A stretch of 64,000 nucleotides of DNA from Myxococcota bacterium (GTDB lineage: Bacteria > Myxococcota_A > UBA9160 > UBA6930): assembly GCA_965223705.1 (NCBI GenBank), contig OZ245015.1, positions 3,842,582 through 3,906,581 of the forward strand. The letters are read 5' to 3'. Positions 8,654 through 17,891 of the stretch are shown piece after piece. How positions within the stretch are numbered: position 1 is the stretch's first letter; the number at the start of each line of letters is the position of its first letter. Made by a program: the position numbers and the translations under genes. The notes beneath the pieces are model-generated. The model was not told the origin of the DNA, made no database searches, and was given only the letters and a program-made list of their open reading frames with translations.

Positions 8654-9726
8654 TGCTCTACCACCTGCTCGCTCCGCTCGGCGAAGAGTACGCGCTGTTC
8701 AACGTGTTCCGCTACATCACGTTTCGGACCGCGGCCGCGACGTTGACGGCCCTCTTCTTGTCTCTCATCGTCGGTCCGCCCCTGATCCGCGCGCTGTCGC
8801 GGCTGCGCGTCGGGCAACCCATTCGCGAAATCGGCCCCGACCATCAATCCAAAGCGGGCACCCCCACCATGGGCGGGCTGCTCATTCTGTTGTCGTTGGT
8901 GGTCTCGGTTTTGCTGTGGGCGAACCTGACGAATCGCGCTGTCTGGATCGTCTTGAGCCTGACCGTCGGCTACGGCGTCTTGGGATTCATCGACGACTAC
9001 CGAAAAGTCCGCGAGCGCCACAGTGCCGGCATCAAGGCGCGGACGAAACTCTTCTGGCAGTTTCTCCTGGCGACGGCCGTCGCGTGGCTGATCTATACCG
9101 ATCCGAGTTTTGACAAAGAGCTCGCCGTCCCTTTCTTCAAAGATTTCACGCCGAACCTCGGCTGGGGCTACGTGCCACTCGCCGCACTGGTCATCGTCGC
9201 GGCGAGCAATGCCGTCAACATCACCGACGGACTCGACGGACTCGCGATCGGCCCGGTGATGATCGCCGCGGGAACGTTTTTGATCCTCGCTTACGCTGCG
9301 GGGCACGCGGGCATCGCGGACTACCTGGCCATCAAACACGTGCCCGGAAGTGGACAACTGGCCATTTTGTGCGGGGCACTCGTGGGCGGAGGGCTGGGCT
9401 TCCTCTGGTTCAACACGTACCCAGCGCAACTGTTCATGGGCGACGTGGGCTCCCTCGCGCTCGGCGGTGCCTTGGGCGCTATGGCCGTGGTCATTCGCCA
9501 AGAGATCCTGCTCGCCGTGGTCGGCGGCATCTTCGTCGCGGAGACGTTGTCCGTCATGATCCAGGTCGCGTCCTTCAAGCTCACAGGTCGTCGCGTTTTT
9601 CTCATGGCGCCGATTCACCATCACTTTGAGAAACTCGGCTGGGCGGAGCAAAAGATCGTGGTCCGCTTCTGGATCATCTCCGCGATCCTCGCCCTGGTCG
9701 CGCTCTCGTCTCTCAAGCTGCGCTAA
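8653..9726 (+). CDS. mraY: Phospho-N-acetylmuramoyl-pentapeptide-transferase MraY
   Basis: 357 aa polytopic membrane protein. Motifs: KAGTPTMGG, NAVNITDGLDGLA, MGDVGSLALGG, PIHHHFE. Confidence 0.95.
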   Translation: MLYHLLAPLGEEYALFNVFRYITFRTAAATLTALFLSLIVGPPLIRALSRLRVGQPIREIGPDHQSKAGTPTMGGLLILLSLVVSVLLWANLTNRAVWIVLSLTVGYGVLGFIDDYRKVRERHSAGIKARTKLFWQFLLATAVAWLIYTDPSFDKELAVPFFKDFTPNLGWGYVPLAALVIVAASNAVNITDGLDGLAIGPVMIAAGTFLILAYAAGHAGIADYLAIKHVPGSGQLAILCGALVGGGLGFLWFNTYPAQLFMGDVGSLALGGALGAMAVVIRQEILLAVVGGIFVAETLSVMIQVASFKLTGRRVFLMAPIHHHFEKLGWAEQKIVVRFWIISAILALVALSSLKLR

Positions 9727-11039
9727 TGGGCGAACCCGACCTGGCGGGGAAGCGCATCCTCGTGCTCGGTCTGGGGGCTTCGGGACGTTCAGCGGCGACG
9801 TTCTGTGCGGAGCGCGGCGCCACCGTGGTGGTGGCCGACGAGCGGAAGACCGTCTCGGTTCCCGAGTTCCCGCGGTCGGTGTCCGTGGTCCTGGGATCGA
9901 TTCCCGCGCGCGAGGAGTTCGACATCGTGGTGCCGAGCCCGGGAATCCCACCCGCCCGCTACGCGGGCGCGACCGGTCCCGTCTGGGGAGATGTCGAGCT
10001 CGCGTTCCAGGCGCTTCGCGTTCCGGTGATCGCCGTCACAGGAACGAATGGCAAATCGACGACTGTCTTACTTCTCGAGGCGCTGCTTCGTGAGCTTGGC
10101 TTTCGCGTGCGAGCGGCGGGCAACCTAGGCGTACCGGCCCTTTCCCTCGTGGGTGAAGCACTCGACGTCGCGGTGCTCGAGGTGTCGTCGTTCCAGCTGG
10201 AAACCACGGAAACCTTTCGCCCCAAGGTCGGTGTGCTGTTGAACTTCTCGCCGGATCATCTCGACCGTCACGGAAGCCTCGACGCCTATGCAGCGGCGAA
10301 AGCACGGATCTTCGCCGCCCAGGGTCCCGACGACTTCGCCGTGGTCAACGGCGACGACCCCCGCTGTGTCGAGATCGCCCGCTCCGGATCGGCGCAGCGG
10401 CTTCGTTTTACCCGAGCCGACTCCGCGGCCGACGCGTGGTGGGACGGCGACGTCGCGTGCCTGCGCACTGCGGCGGGCGTGGTGCGCATCCCGCTCAGCG
10501 CAGAGGACACGAGCCGGACACCCCGCCAGAATCTCCTGGCCGCACTTCTGTGCCTCGGAGCCAACGGCTGCGATCCCGCGGCAGCGATCTCCGCGCTCCC
10601 GGCGTTCGAGCCGCCTCCGCATCGCCTACAGCGCGTGGGAAGGCCGAACGGGGTGCTCTTCGTCGACGACTCCAAGGCGACAAACCCGGCGGCGGCAGCG
10701 GCGGCCCTGGAAGCTCTCCCGGGACCACTGGTGTGGATCGCCGGCGGGCGCGACAAGGGGCTGCCTTTCGCCGACCTGATGCGCGTGGCGAGCCAGCGCG
10801 TTCGGCACGCGGTGTTTTACGGCGAAGCGGGGCCGTCGCTCCTCGGCGCGGCCTCCGCGCTCACCGCGGAATTCGAGTCATTGTTTCGAGACGCGGTGCT
10901 CCGGGCCTACGCGGCGGCCGAGCCCGGCGACACACTTTTGCTCGCACCGGCTTGCGCGAGCTTCGATCAGTTCGCGAGCTTTGAGGATCGCGGAGACGCG
11001 TTCCACGCGTTGGCCCGGGAACTGGAGAGCTCGAGTTGA
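9726..11039 (+). CDS. murD: UDP-N-acetylmuramoylalanine--D-glutamate ligase MurD
   Basis: N-terminal Rossmann motif (VLGLGASGRS), VTGTNGKSTT P-loop, and Mur ligase domains. Confidence 0.9.
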   Translation: MGEPDLAGKRILVLGLGASGRSAATFCAERGATVVVADERKTVSVPEFPRSVSVVLGSIPAREEFDIVVPSPGIPPARYAGATGPVWGDVELAFQALRVPVIAVTGTNGKSTTVLLLEALLRELGFRVRAAGNLGVPALSLVGEALDVAVLEVSSFQLETTETFRPKVGVLLNFSPDHLDRHGSLDAYAAAKARIFAAQGPDDFAVVNGDDPRCVEIARSGSAQRLRFTRADSAADAWWDGDVACLRTAAGVVRIPLSAEDTSRTPRQNLLAALLCLGANGCDPAAAISALPAFEPPPHRLQRVGRPNGVLFVDDSKATNPAAAAAALEALPGPLVWIAGGRDKGLPFADLMRVASQRVRHAVFYGEAGPSLLGAASALTAEFESLFRDAVLRAYAAAEPGDTLLLAPACASFDQFASFEDRGDAFHALARELESSS

Positions 11040-12214
11040 GTGCCGGTGTCGCGACTTCCTATGCCCAACGAGGGGCGAGCACAACACTGCTCGGTGCCAC
11101 TCTGTTACTGCTCGGCCTGGGAAGCATCATGGTCTACAGCACCACGGCGCCCCTCTCCCTCGGCGATTTCATCCCGCCGCACCTCGCGCGCCACGGTCTG
11201 GGTCTGATTCTCGGCGTCGCTGCCGCCTGGATGTTGTCGCACGTCCCGCACCGCCTCCTTCGATACGCGGCTCCCGTCCTGTTCGTCGCCACCCTCGCGG
11301 CGCTCGCCGTCGTCCCTTTCATCGGCATTCGGGTGAACGGCGCCCAGCGTTGGCTCTCTCTACCCGGCGTCGGTGTCTTCCAGCCGGGAGAGCTCTCCAA
11401 ATTCGCAACGGTGCTGTGGGTCGCGGTCCTCGCTTCCTACCGAGGAGGCTCCGCATCGACCAAGCGCTCCCGGGAGGACGCGACCCCGCGAATCACGCGC
11501 CAGAACGTGATTCTGTGTCTCTCCGCGGGTGCCCTCCCGGCGGGTCTGTTGGTGCTGCAACCCGATTTCGGTAACGCCGCTCTGCTTCTGATGCTCGTGC
11601 TTCTCCTGCTCTTCACGGCCGGCGCGCCGCTCCGGTGGCTCGCTTTGCCAAGCGCAGTCGGCACGGCCCTCGGCGCCCTGTTCGTGCTGCTCCACCCCTA
11701 CGCGCTGCGCCGCTGGGTCGGGTTCATGGACCCCTGGGCGGCGCCCAGCAACGAGGGCTTTCAGCTCGTACAGTCGTTTGTCGCGTTCGCCCGAGGCGGC
11801 TCCTTGGGCGTCGGTTTGGGTTACGGCCGGCAGAAACTCCATTACCTGCCCGAAGCGCACACCGACTTCGTCTTGTCCGTCGTCGCGGAAGAACTCGGGT
11901 TGGCGGGCGTGGCCTTGGTCCTCATCGCGTTCGCCGTGCTCTTCGGAGCGGGACTGCGGATCGCGCTCAAAGCGAATACGCGCTTCGCTTCGCTGCTGGC
12001 CTTCGGCATGACGCTCCTCGTCGTGGTGCCGGCGTTGGTCAACGCGGCCGTCGTGATGGGCGTTCTTCCCACCAAGGGATTGTCGTTGCCGTTTCTTTCC
12101 TACGGTCGGAGCTCTCTCATCGTGAGCTGCGCGGCGATCGGGATCGTCTGGGGCGTAGCTCGGGCGAACACAGCGAGCGGGGGCCGGCGCGCCGGCGCTT
12201 CGGGCGCTTCGTGA
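11036..12214 (+). CDS. ftsW: SEDS-family peptidoglycan glycosyltransferase / cell division protein FtsW
   Basis: 392 aa polytopic protein. SEDS motifs: RWLSLPGVGVFQPGELSKF, LQPDFGNA, PEAHTDFV, PTKGLSLPFLSYG. Confidence 0.9.
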   Translation: MSAGVATSYAQRGASTTLLGATLLLLGLGSIMVYSTTAPLSLGDFIPPHLARHGLGLILGVAAAWMLSHVPHRLLRYAAPVLFVATLAALAVVPFIGIRVNGAQRWLSLPGVGVFQPGELSKFATVLWVAVLASYRGGSASTKRSREDATPRITRQNVILCLSAGALPAGLLVLQPDFGNAALLLMLVLLLLFTAGAPLRWLALPSAVGTALGALFVLLHPYALRRWVGFMDPWAAPSNEGFQLVQSFVAFARGGSLGVGLGYGRQKLHYLPEAHTDFVLSVVAEELGLAGVALVLIAFAVLFGAGLRIALKANTRFASLLAFGMTLLVVVPALVNAAVVMGVLPTKGLSLPFLSYGRSSLIVSCAAIGIVWGVARANTASGGRRAGASGAS

Positions 12215-13332
12215 AGCGGCACATCGTCGTCGCCGGCGGTGGGACCGGCGGGCACATCACTCCTGCGTTGGCGCTCGCGGAACAATTTCGCGACCGCGGA
12301 GAGAACGTCACGCTGATCGGTACGAAGCGCGGGCTCGACGCGCGCATGGTGCCGGCCGCCGGCTTCCCGTTGGAGACCCTCGATTCGCGGCCGCTCGTCG
12401 GTCGGTCGCTCAAGGAACGCGTGGGAGCGGTCTGGGCGCTCCTCCGCTCGACCGTCGCTGCGCGGCGATCGCTCCGAACGCTCGAGGCGGCCCTGGTGGT
12501 CTCGGTGGGGGGGTATGCCGCCGTGCCCGTCACCCTCGCCGCGCGCACGCTCAAGCTTCCGATCGCACTGGTCGAGCCGAACGCGCTTCCCGGCTTCGCG
12601 AACCGAGCGATGGCGCGGTTCGCCAAGCGCCTGTTCACGGGCTTCGACATCACGGCGAGCCGGCTGATCGGCCACCGAGATGATCCGCGCGTCCGCTGCT
12701 TGGGCGTACCCCTCCGGAGCGAACTCGTGGCCACGCTTGCCGATGCCCCCGCTGCGAGGGTTCCGGAGCCTCCGTACCGAATCTTTGTTTTCGGCGGCAG
12801 CCAAGGCGCCCGACAGCTGAACGAGGGCGTCCCCGAAGCACTCGCCGACCTGGGGGACGACCTTCCCCCCTCGTTCTTCGAGGTGGTTCACCAGACCGGC
12901 GAAGCCGATCGAGAAGCGGTTTTCGACGCCTACGCGCGCGCCGGAATTGGCGCCACGGTGCTCGCATTTGAAAGTGACATGGCAGGTCGCTATCGCTGGT
13001 CTGATCTAGTCGTTTGCCGCGCCGGCGCGCTCACCATCGCAGAGCTCGCCTTGGCGAAACGACCGGCGCTGCTCGTCCCCCTGGGCCACGTCGGAGGGGG
13101 AGAGCAAATCGAGAACGCGCGCGCTCTAGAAGCCGCGGGTGCGGCCCGCGTTCTGCCGTCCGCCTCGTGCACGCCGGACGCGTGGCGCGCCGCCTTGCGA
13201 GGGCTGCTCGAAGAGCCGAGCGCATGGCCGACGATGGGCGCCCGCGCTGGAGAGCTCGCCCGCCCGGCGGCCGCCGCCGAAATCGCCGACGAATGCTTGG
13301 TGCTCCTCGAAGCTCCGGGGCAGGTGGGATGA
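12211..13332 (+). CDS. murG: Undecaprenyldiphospho-muramoylpentapeptide beta-N-acetylglucosaminyltransferase MurG
   Basis: The GTG at 12211 (GTGA overlap with ftsW) gives VKRHIVVAGGGTGGHITPALALAE. The C-terminal half contains GGSQGA and the RAGALTIAEL..P motif. Confidence 0.9.
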   Translation: MKRHIVVAGGGTGGHITPALALAEQFRDRGENVTLIGTKRGLDARMVPAAGFPLETLDSRPLVGRSLKERVGAVWALLRSTVAARRSLRTLEAALVVSVGGYAAVPVTLAARTLKLPIALVEPNALPGFANRAMARFAKRLFTGFDITASRLIGHRDDPRVRCLGVPLRSELVATLADAPAARVPEPPYRIFVFGGSQGARQLNEGVPEALADLGDDLPPSFFEVVHQTGEADREAVFDAYARAGIGATVLAFESDMAGRYRWSDLVVCRAGALTIAELALAKRPALLVPLGHVGGGEQIENARALEAAGAARVLPSASCTPDAWRAALRGLLEEPSAWPTMGARAGELARPAAAAEIADECLVLLEAPGQVG

Positions 13333-14729
13333 AGGGTCTCTTCCGACGCGTGCGACGGGTCCATTTCGTCGGGATCGGCGGGATCGGTATGTGTGGCCTC
13401 GCCGAGCTGCTCCACGTGCAAGGCGTCACGGTGACCGGATCGGACCTGCGCGAAGGGCCGACGGTCGAACGACTACGCGGACTCGGAGTCGAGATTTTCC
13501 AGGGGCACGACGGTCCTCAGGTCGGCGATACCGACGTGGTCGTCGTTTCGTCCGCCGTCGGGGACGAGAACCCCGAAGTGATCGAAGCCCGCCGCCGCGA
13601 GATCCCCGTGGTCCCCCGGGCCGAACTCCTCGCCGAGATCATGCGCCACAAGGAAGGGATCGCCGTCGCGGGAACCCACGGCAAGACGACCACGACGAGC
13701 CTGGTCGCGCACGTGCTCGAAGTCGCCGGGTTCGATCCCACGGCCGTGATCGGCGGTCGCGTTCGAGGATCCGGCGCGGATCCGACGGGCGCGAGACTGG
13801 GCCGCGGAGAATTGCTGGTCGCCGAGGCGGACGAGAGCGACGGGTCGTTCCTGGGCCTGTCCCCCGTGGTCTCCATCGTCACGAACATCGAGGCAGAGCA
13901 CCTCGACCACTACGGGGACGAGGCGCGCGTGCGCGAGGCGTTCGTCGCTTTCGCGAACCGCGTCCCGTTCTTCGGCCTGTGTGTGCTCTGTTTGGACGAT
14001 CCCGGCGTCCAAGCCGCGCTCCCCGCGATCACGCGCCCCGCCTTGACCTACGGGTTCGCAACCCAGGCCGATCTCGTCGCGGCGGAGGTCGAGCCCTACC
14101 AAGGTGGAATGCGCTTTCACGCCCGGCTCAGGGGAGAGCGCCTCGGCGCGATCCACTTGCCTCTGCCGGGACGTCACAACGTGCAGAACGCCTTGGCCGC
14201 CCTCGCGGTCGCCCTCGAGTTCGACGTGCCGTTCCCGCTCGCCGCGGAAGCGATGGAGTCCTTCCGCGGTATCGAGCGGCGCTTTGAAACGAAGGGGAGT
14301 TGCGGCGGCATTCGCGTCGTGGACGACTACGCGCACCACCCGACCGAGATTCGCGCGACGCTCGAGGCGGCCCGCGGGCTTCACTCGGGACGCATCGTGG
14401 CCGTCTTCCAGCCCCACCGATTTACTCGGACGCGCGATCATCTCGAAGCATTCGCCACGGCCTTCCACGACGCCGAGCTTCTCGTCGTGACCGACATCTA
14501 CGCGGCCGGCGAGGCGCCGATCCCCGGTTGCGACGCCGACAACCTCTGCGAAGCGATTCGCGCTCACGGCCACCGAGCGGTGAGCCACGTCGCGGAACTC
14601 GCAGCGGTTCCCGGGGTGCTGGTACCCCGACTGCGCACGGGCGATCTGGTGATCACCTTCGGCGCGGGCAGCATCACCACGCTGGGACCGGAAATCCTGC
14701 GGTCCCTCGCGGAGCGGGGTCCGTGCTAG
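13329..14729 (+). CDS. murC: UDP-N-acetylmuramate--L-alanine ligase MurC
   Basis: The ATG at 13329 (ATGA overlap with murG) gives MKGLFRRVRRVHFVGIGGIGMCGLAELL. AGTHGKTTTTSL P-loop and DDYAHHPTEI. Confidence 0.9.
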   Translation: MKGLFRRVRRVHFVGIGGIGMCGLAELLHVQGVTVTGSDLREGPTVERLRGLGVEIFQGHDGPQVGDTDVVVVSSAVGDENPEVIEARRREIPVVPRAELLAEIMRHKEGIAVAGTHGKTTTTSLVAHVLEVAGFDPTAVIGGRVRGSGADPTGARLGRGELLVAEADESDGSFLGLSPVVSIVTNIEAEHLDHYGDEARVREAFVAFANRVPFFGLCVLCLDDPGVQAALPAITRPALTYGFATQADLVAAEVEPYQGGMRFHARLRGERLGAIHLPLPGRHNVQNALAALAVALEFDVPFPLAAEAMESFRGIERRFETKGSCGGIRVVDDYAHHPTEIRATLEAARGLHSGRIVAVFQPHRFTRTRDHLEAFATAFHDAELLVVTDIYAAGEAPIPGCDADNLCEAIRAHGHRAVSHVAELAAVPGVLVPRLRTGDLVITFGAGSITTLGPEILRSLAERGPC

Positions 14730-15628
14730 ATGCGGCCCTTCGCGAACTCGAGTCGATTGCCGATTGCGAATGGCGCCGCGATGCGCCGCTCTCGAGGCAT
14801 ACCTCGCTCGGTGTCGGTGGCCCCGCCGATCTCCTGGCGATTCCCGATTCCCGGGACGCAGCGGTTCACGTGCTCGCGACGGCGCGTCGTTGCGAGCTCC
14901 CGGTGGTCATCCTCGGCAAGGGCTTCAACACCTTGGTTCGCGACGGCGGATTTCGTGGCGTCGTGCTGGCGCTTTGGAAATTGCGGCGTCTCGAACGGCG
15001 CGGGGACGGCCCCCTCGTCGCCGAGGCCGGCGTTTCCCACAGCCGCGTCACCCACTACTGCAACACCCACGGGCTCTCGGGCCTCGAGTTTGCCGCCGGA
15101 ATCCCCGGAACGGTCGGTGGGTGGATCGCGATGAACGCCGGCGTGCCCGACCGCGAGATGCGCGACGTGTTGACGCGAATCGACTTGATCAGCGAACGCG
15201 GCGAGTCCCCGTGCGACGTCGCCAACCTGGGGTTCCGCTATCGGGGCATCACGCTACCCGAGGGCAGCGCCGTCCTCGCCGGCCATTTCGACCTTTCCGA
15301 AGATTCTCCGGAAGCTGTGAGCGAGCGCGTCGCGGCCCAACTCGCCGCCCGCGCGAAGACCCAGCCCATCCACCGACCCTCCTGCGGCTCGGTCTTCAAG
15401 AACCCTCCGGGCGACTTCGCGGGTCGGCTGATCGAGGACGCGGGCTTGAAGGGCCAGGGCTCGGAGCGGGCGGCCTTTTCGGACCTCCACGCGAACTTCA
15501 TCGTCACGGGACGAGGCGCGCGCGCAACCGACGTGCTTTCACTCATCGACCGCGCGCGCGAAGCCGTATACGAGCGATCGGGGGTCCTGCTCGAGACCGA
15601 AGTGAAAATCCTGGGAGAGGACGCGTGA
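14723..15628 (+). CDS. murB: UDP-N-acetylenolpyruvoylglucosamine reductase MurB
   Basis: The GTG at 14723 overlaps the murC end. Motifs: HTSLGVGGPADLL, GKGFNTLVRD, GIPGTVGG, PSCGSVFKNP. Confidence 0.9.
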   Translation: MLDAALRELESIADCEWRRDAPLSRHTSLGVGGPADLLAIPDSRDAAVHVLATARRCELPVVILGKGFNTLVRDGGFRGVVLALWKLRRLERRGDGPLVAEAGVSHSRVTHYCNTHGLSGLEFAAGIPGTVGGWIAMNAGVPDREMRDVLTRIDLISERGESPCDVANLGFRYRGITLPEGSAVLAGHFDLSEDSPEAVSERVAAQLAARAKTQPIHRPSCGSVFKNPPGDFAGRLIEDAGLKGQGSERAAFSDLHANFIVTGRGARATDVLSLIDRAREAVYERSGVLLETEVKILGEDA

Positions 15629-16443
15629 GCTGGCCGGGTCTCCTCACGTCGCGCCGTGCCGCGCTCCTGTTCGGCCTGGGCAACGTCCTCGGTCTCGCAC
15701 TGGGTTGGCAACCCATGGTGCTCGGATTCGGAACGGATGAAGCGAAGCACGCCGCGCCCGACGTCTCGGTCGTCGGGATGAATACCCTCGCCAGCGGGGA
15801 CGTGCTGCGCGCGGCCGCTGTGTCGGCCCAATCGTCATTCGCAGCACTCGACGCGAGTCACGTCGCCGACCGTGTGGAGCGCCACCCGTGGATCGACGCC
15901 GCAAGCGCAGTCGCCCTGCCGCCGCGGCGGCTCCTGGTTCGGGTGGTCGAGCGCGAGCCCGTCGGACACGTGGCGATCGGCACCGACCGCTGGTGGGTCG
16001 ATGCGCGAGGCCTGGCCTTCGCGCCGTTCAATGCCGACGCACACCGGGACGTGCCCGAGTTCGTCGGGATCTCCGATGTCTCACCGGGGAGCGGACATCG
16101 CCTGCTGCATCTCGCTGTGAGCGTCGGTCACGCTGTGGCGAAGATCGACGGCGTCCCCGCGCTGCGTTCGGTTCGCGTCGGAGGCACCAGCCCGGACCGA
16201 CTTCCCGAGATCACCCTCGCCGGCGACATCCGCGTCGTCATCGGCCCGGGCGAATTGCGCGAGAAGCTTTCTCGGCTGGAACAACTTTTCGCGGAGATCC
16301 TCGACACCAAGCTGTCGGGCTCCGAAATCGATCTGCGCTTCGGAAATCGGATGGTTCTCCGGGGCGAGGCGGTACGCAGTGCCGCACTGACATCACTTCG
16401 AAGGACCGAGGTGGTGTCCGGAACCGGGGGCGTCGGCCACTAG
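15625..16443 (+). CDS. ftsQ: Cell division protein FtsQ (POTRA domain)
   Basis: The GTG at 15625 (GTGA overlap with murB). It has an N-terminal TM segment (AALLFGLGNVLGLAL) followed by a POTRA-like region (VSVVGMNTLASGDV) and an FtsQ-type domain. It sits before ftsA. Confidence 0.7.
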   Translation: MSWPGLLTSRRAALLFGLGNVLGLALGWQPMVLGFGTDEAKHAAPDVSVVGMNTLASGDVLRAAAVSAQSSFAALDASHVADRVERHPWIDAASAVALPPRRLLVRVVEREPVGHVAIGTDRWWVDARGLAFAPFNADAHRDVPEFVGISDVSPGSGHRLLHLAVSVGHAVAKIDGVPALRSVRVGGTSPDRLPEITLAGDIRVVIGPGELREKLSRLEQLFAEILDTKLSGSEIDLRFGNRMVLRGEAVRSAALTSLRRTEVVSGTGGVGH

Positions 16444-16495
16444 GCGGCGCTCCGCGGCGCGTGGGCGTCGCGAAAAACACCTGGGGGGGTGAACT

Positions 16496-17734
16496 GTGTC
16501 TCGAAAGGACGAGTTGATCGTCGGCCTGGATATCGGCACGACGAAGATCTGCGCCGTCGTCGCCGAACGGAGCGAAACCGGCATCGACATTGTGGGCATC
16601 GGTACCCATGTCTCGCGCGGCCTGCGCAAAGGTGTCGTGGTCGACATCGATGCCACGGTCGAGTCGATCAAGCGGGCCGTGGAAGAAGCGGAGTTGATGG
16701 CGGATTGCGAAATCACCTCGGTCTATGCGGGGATCGCCGGCGGCCATATCAGCGGCATGAACTCCCACGGCATCGTCGCGGTGAAAGACCGCGAGGTGAC
16801 CGACAACGACGTCCGCCGCGTGATCGACGCCGCGAAAGCCGTCGCGATCCCGATGGATCGCGAAGTCATTCACGTCATCCCGCAAGAGTTCATCATCGAC
16901 GACCAGGACGGGATTCGCGAGCCGCTCGGTATGAGCGGCGTGCGTCTGGAAGCGAAGATCCACATCGTGACCGCCGCCGTCACCAGCGCCCAGAACATCG
17001 TCAAGTGCGCGAACAAGGCGGGACTCAACGTCGCCGACATCGTGCTCGAGCCGCTGGCGTCGGCGGAAGCGGTCTTGGCCGGCGATGAGCGCGACCTGGG
17101 GGTGTGCTTGATCGATATCGGGGGCGGTACAACGGACGTCGCCGTGTTCTCCGACGGTTCGATTCAGAACACGTCGGTTCTGGGGCTCGGCGGCTACCAC
17201 ATCACGAACGACATCGCGGTCGGTCTGCGCACGCCGTTTGACGAGGCGGAGCGCATCAAGAAGCGCTTCGGCGTCGCGTCGTCGCGCTACTTGGCGAGCG
17301 ACGACGTCATCACGGTTCCGAGCGTCGGCGGCCGACGTCCGCGCGAGGTTTCGCGGAAGATCCTTTGCGAGATCATCGAACCCCGAGTCGACGAGATCCT
17401 CTCGCTCGCGCGGCAAGAGCTCGTGAAGGCCGGGCTGGAGGACAAGATCCCGTCCGGAGTCGCGCTGACCGGCGGTTGCTCCGCGCTCGACGGGCTCGCC
17501 GAGCTGGCGGAGGAGATCTTCGAATCGCCGGTCCGGCGGGGTCTCCCGATCCGAGTGGGCGGGCTGCAAGACGTCGTCCGCAGCCCGATGTACTCGACCG
17601 GCGTGGGCCTGGTGCTCTACGGCTTGAGCCAGGGACAAAAGCGCGAGTCGACGCGCTTCCGGATCCGCGACGATTCCATTTTCCGCCGCGTCAAACAGCG
17701 TATGCGCGACTGGTTCTACGGCGAAGTCGAGTAG
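16496..17734 (+). CDS. ftsA: Cell division protein FtsA
   Basis: 412 aa actin-like ATPase. LIVGLDIGTTKICAVVAE, DIGGGTTDVAVF, LTGGCSALDGL. The C-terminal amphipathic tail is FRRVKQRMRDWF. Confidence 0.9.
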   Translation: MSRKDELIVGLDIGTTKICAVVAERSETGIDIVGIGTHVSRGLRKGVVVDIDATVESIKRAVEEAELMADCEITSVYAGIAGGHISGMNSHGIVAVKDREVTDNDVRRVIDAAKAVAIPMDREVIHVIPQEFIIDDQDGIREPLGMSGVRLEAKIHIVTAAVTSAQNIVKCANKAGLNVADIVLEPLASAEAVLAGDERDLGVCLIDIGGGTTDVAVFSDGSIQNTSVLGLGGYHITNDIAVGLRTPFDEAERIKKRFGVASSRYLASDDVITVPSVGGRRPREVSRKILCEIIEPRVDEILSLARQELVKAGLEDKIPSGVALTGGCSALDGLAELAEEIFESPVRRGLPIRVGGLQDVVRSPMYSTGVGLVLYGLSQGQKRESTRFRIRDDSIFRRVKQRMRDWFYGEVE

Positions 17735-17743
17735 ACCGACCCC

Positions 17744-17774
17744 GGGACGGCGTGCGCTCCTGCGCCGCCGTCCC
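17744..17774 (+). other. Strong GC hairpin between ftsA and ftsZ (GGGACGGCGTGCGC-TCCT-GCGCCGCCGTCCC)
   Basis: Read directly: about 13 bp of stem with one bulge and a TCCT loop, 10 nt after the ftsA stop. There is no U tract, so it may be an attenuator or an RNA-stability element rather than a full terminator. Confidence 0.4.
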
Positions 17775-17891
17775 CGCCCCCTCCAAAGCTTCAAAATAGA
17801 ACGGCAGTTCTAGGCGCCAACCCCTCGTGGGCATTGGGAAACGTGCTAGATTGCCTACATCAGTCAACGCCGGTGTTCAGGGGGGTGAACG

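Noticed and set aside
11635-16443. Over-long N-terminal extensions in the ORF track for murG (11635), murC (13014), murB (14300) and ftsQ (14764), and likewise murF (7088), ftsL (3408), GT4 (21012), wzc-like (24205), GT26 (27873), beta-helix (30305), PP2C (51614) and DMT (62449)
   Set aside because: The extensions overlap the preceding, well-supported genes in another frame and translate to Arg/Pro-rich sequence. Internal ATG or GTG codons that overlap the upstream stop give canonical N-termini, for example VKRHIVVAGGGTGGH for MurG.
16238-17794. 518-aa ORF antisense to ftsA, and 379-aa ORF (17877-19016) antisense to ftsZ
   Set aside because: These are shadow ORFs opposite two of the most confidently identified genes. 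Their composition is dominated by R, D, A and G, and no family resemblance is visible.
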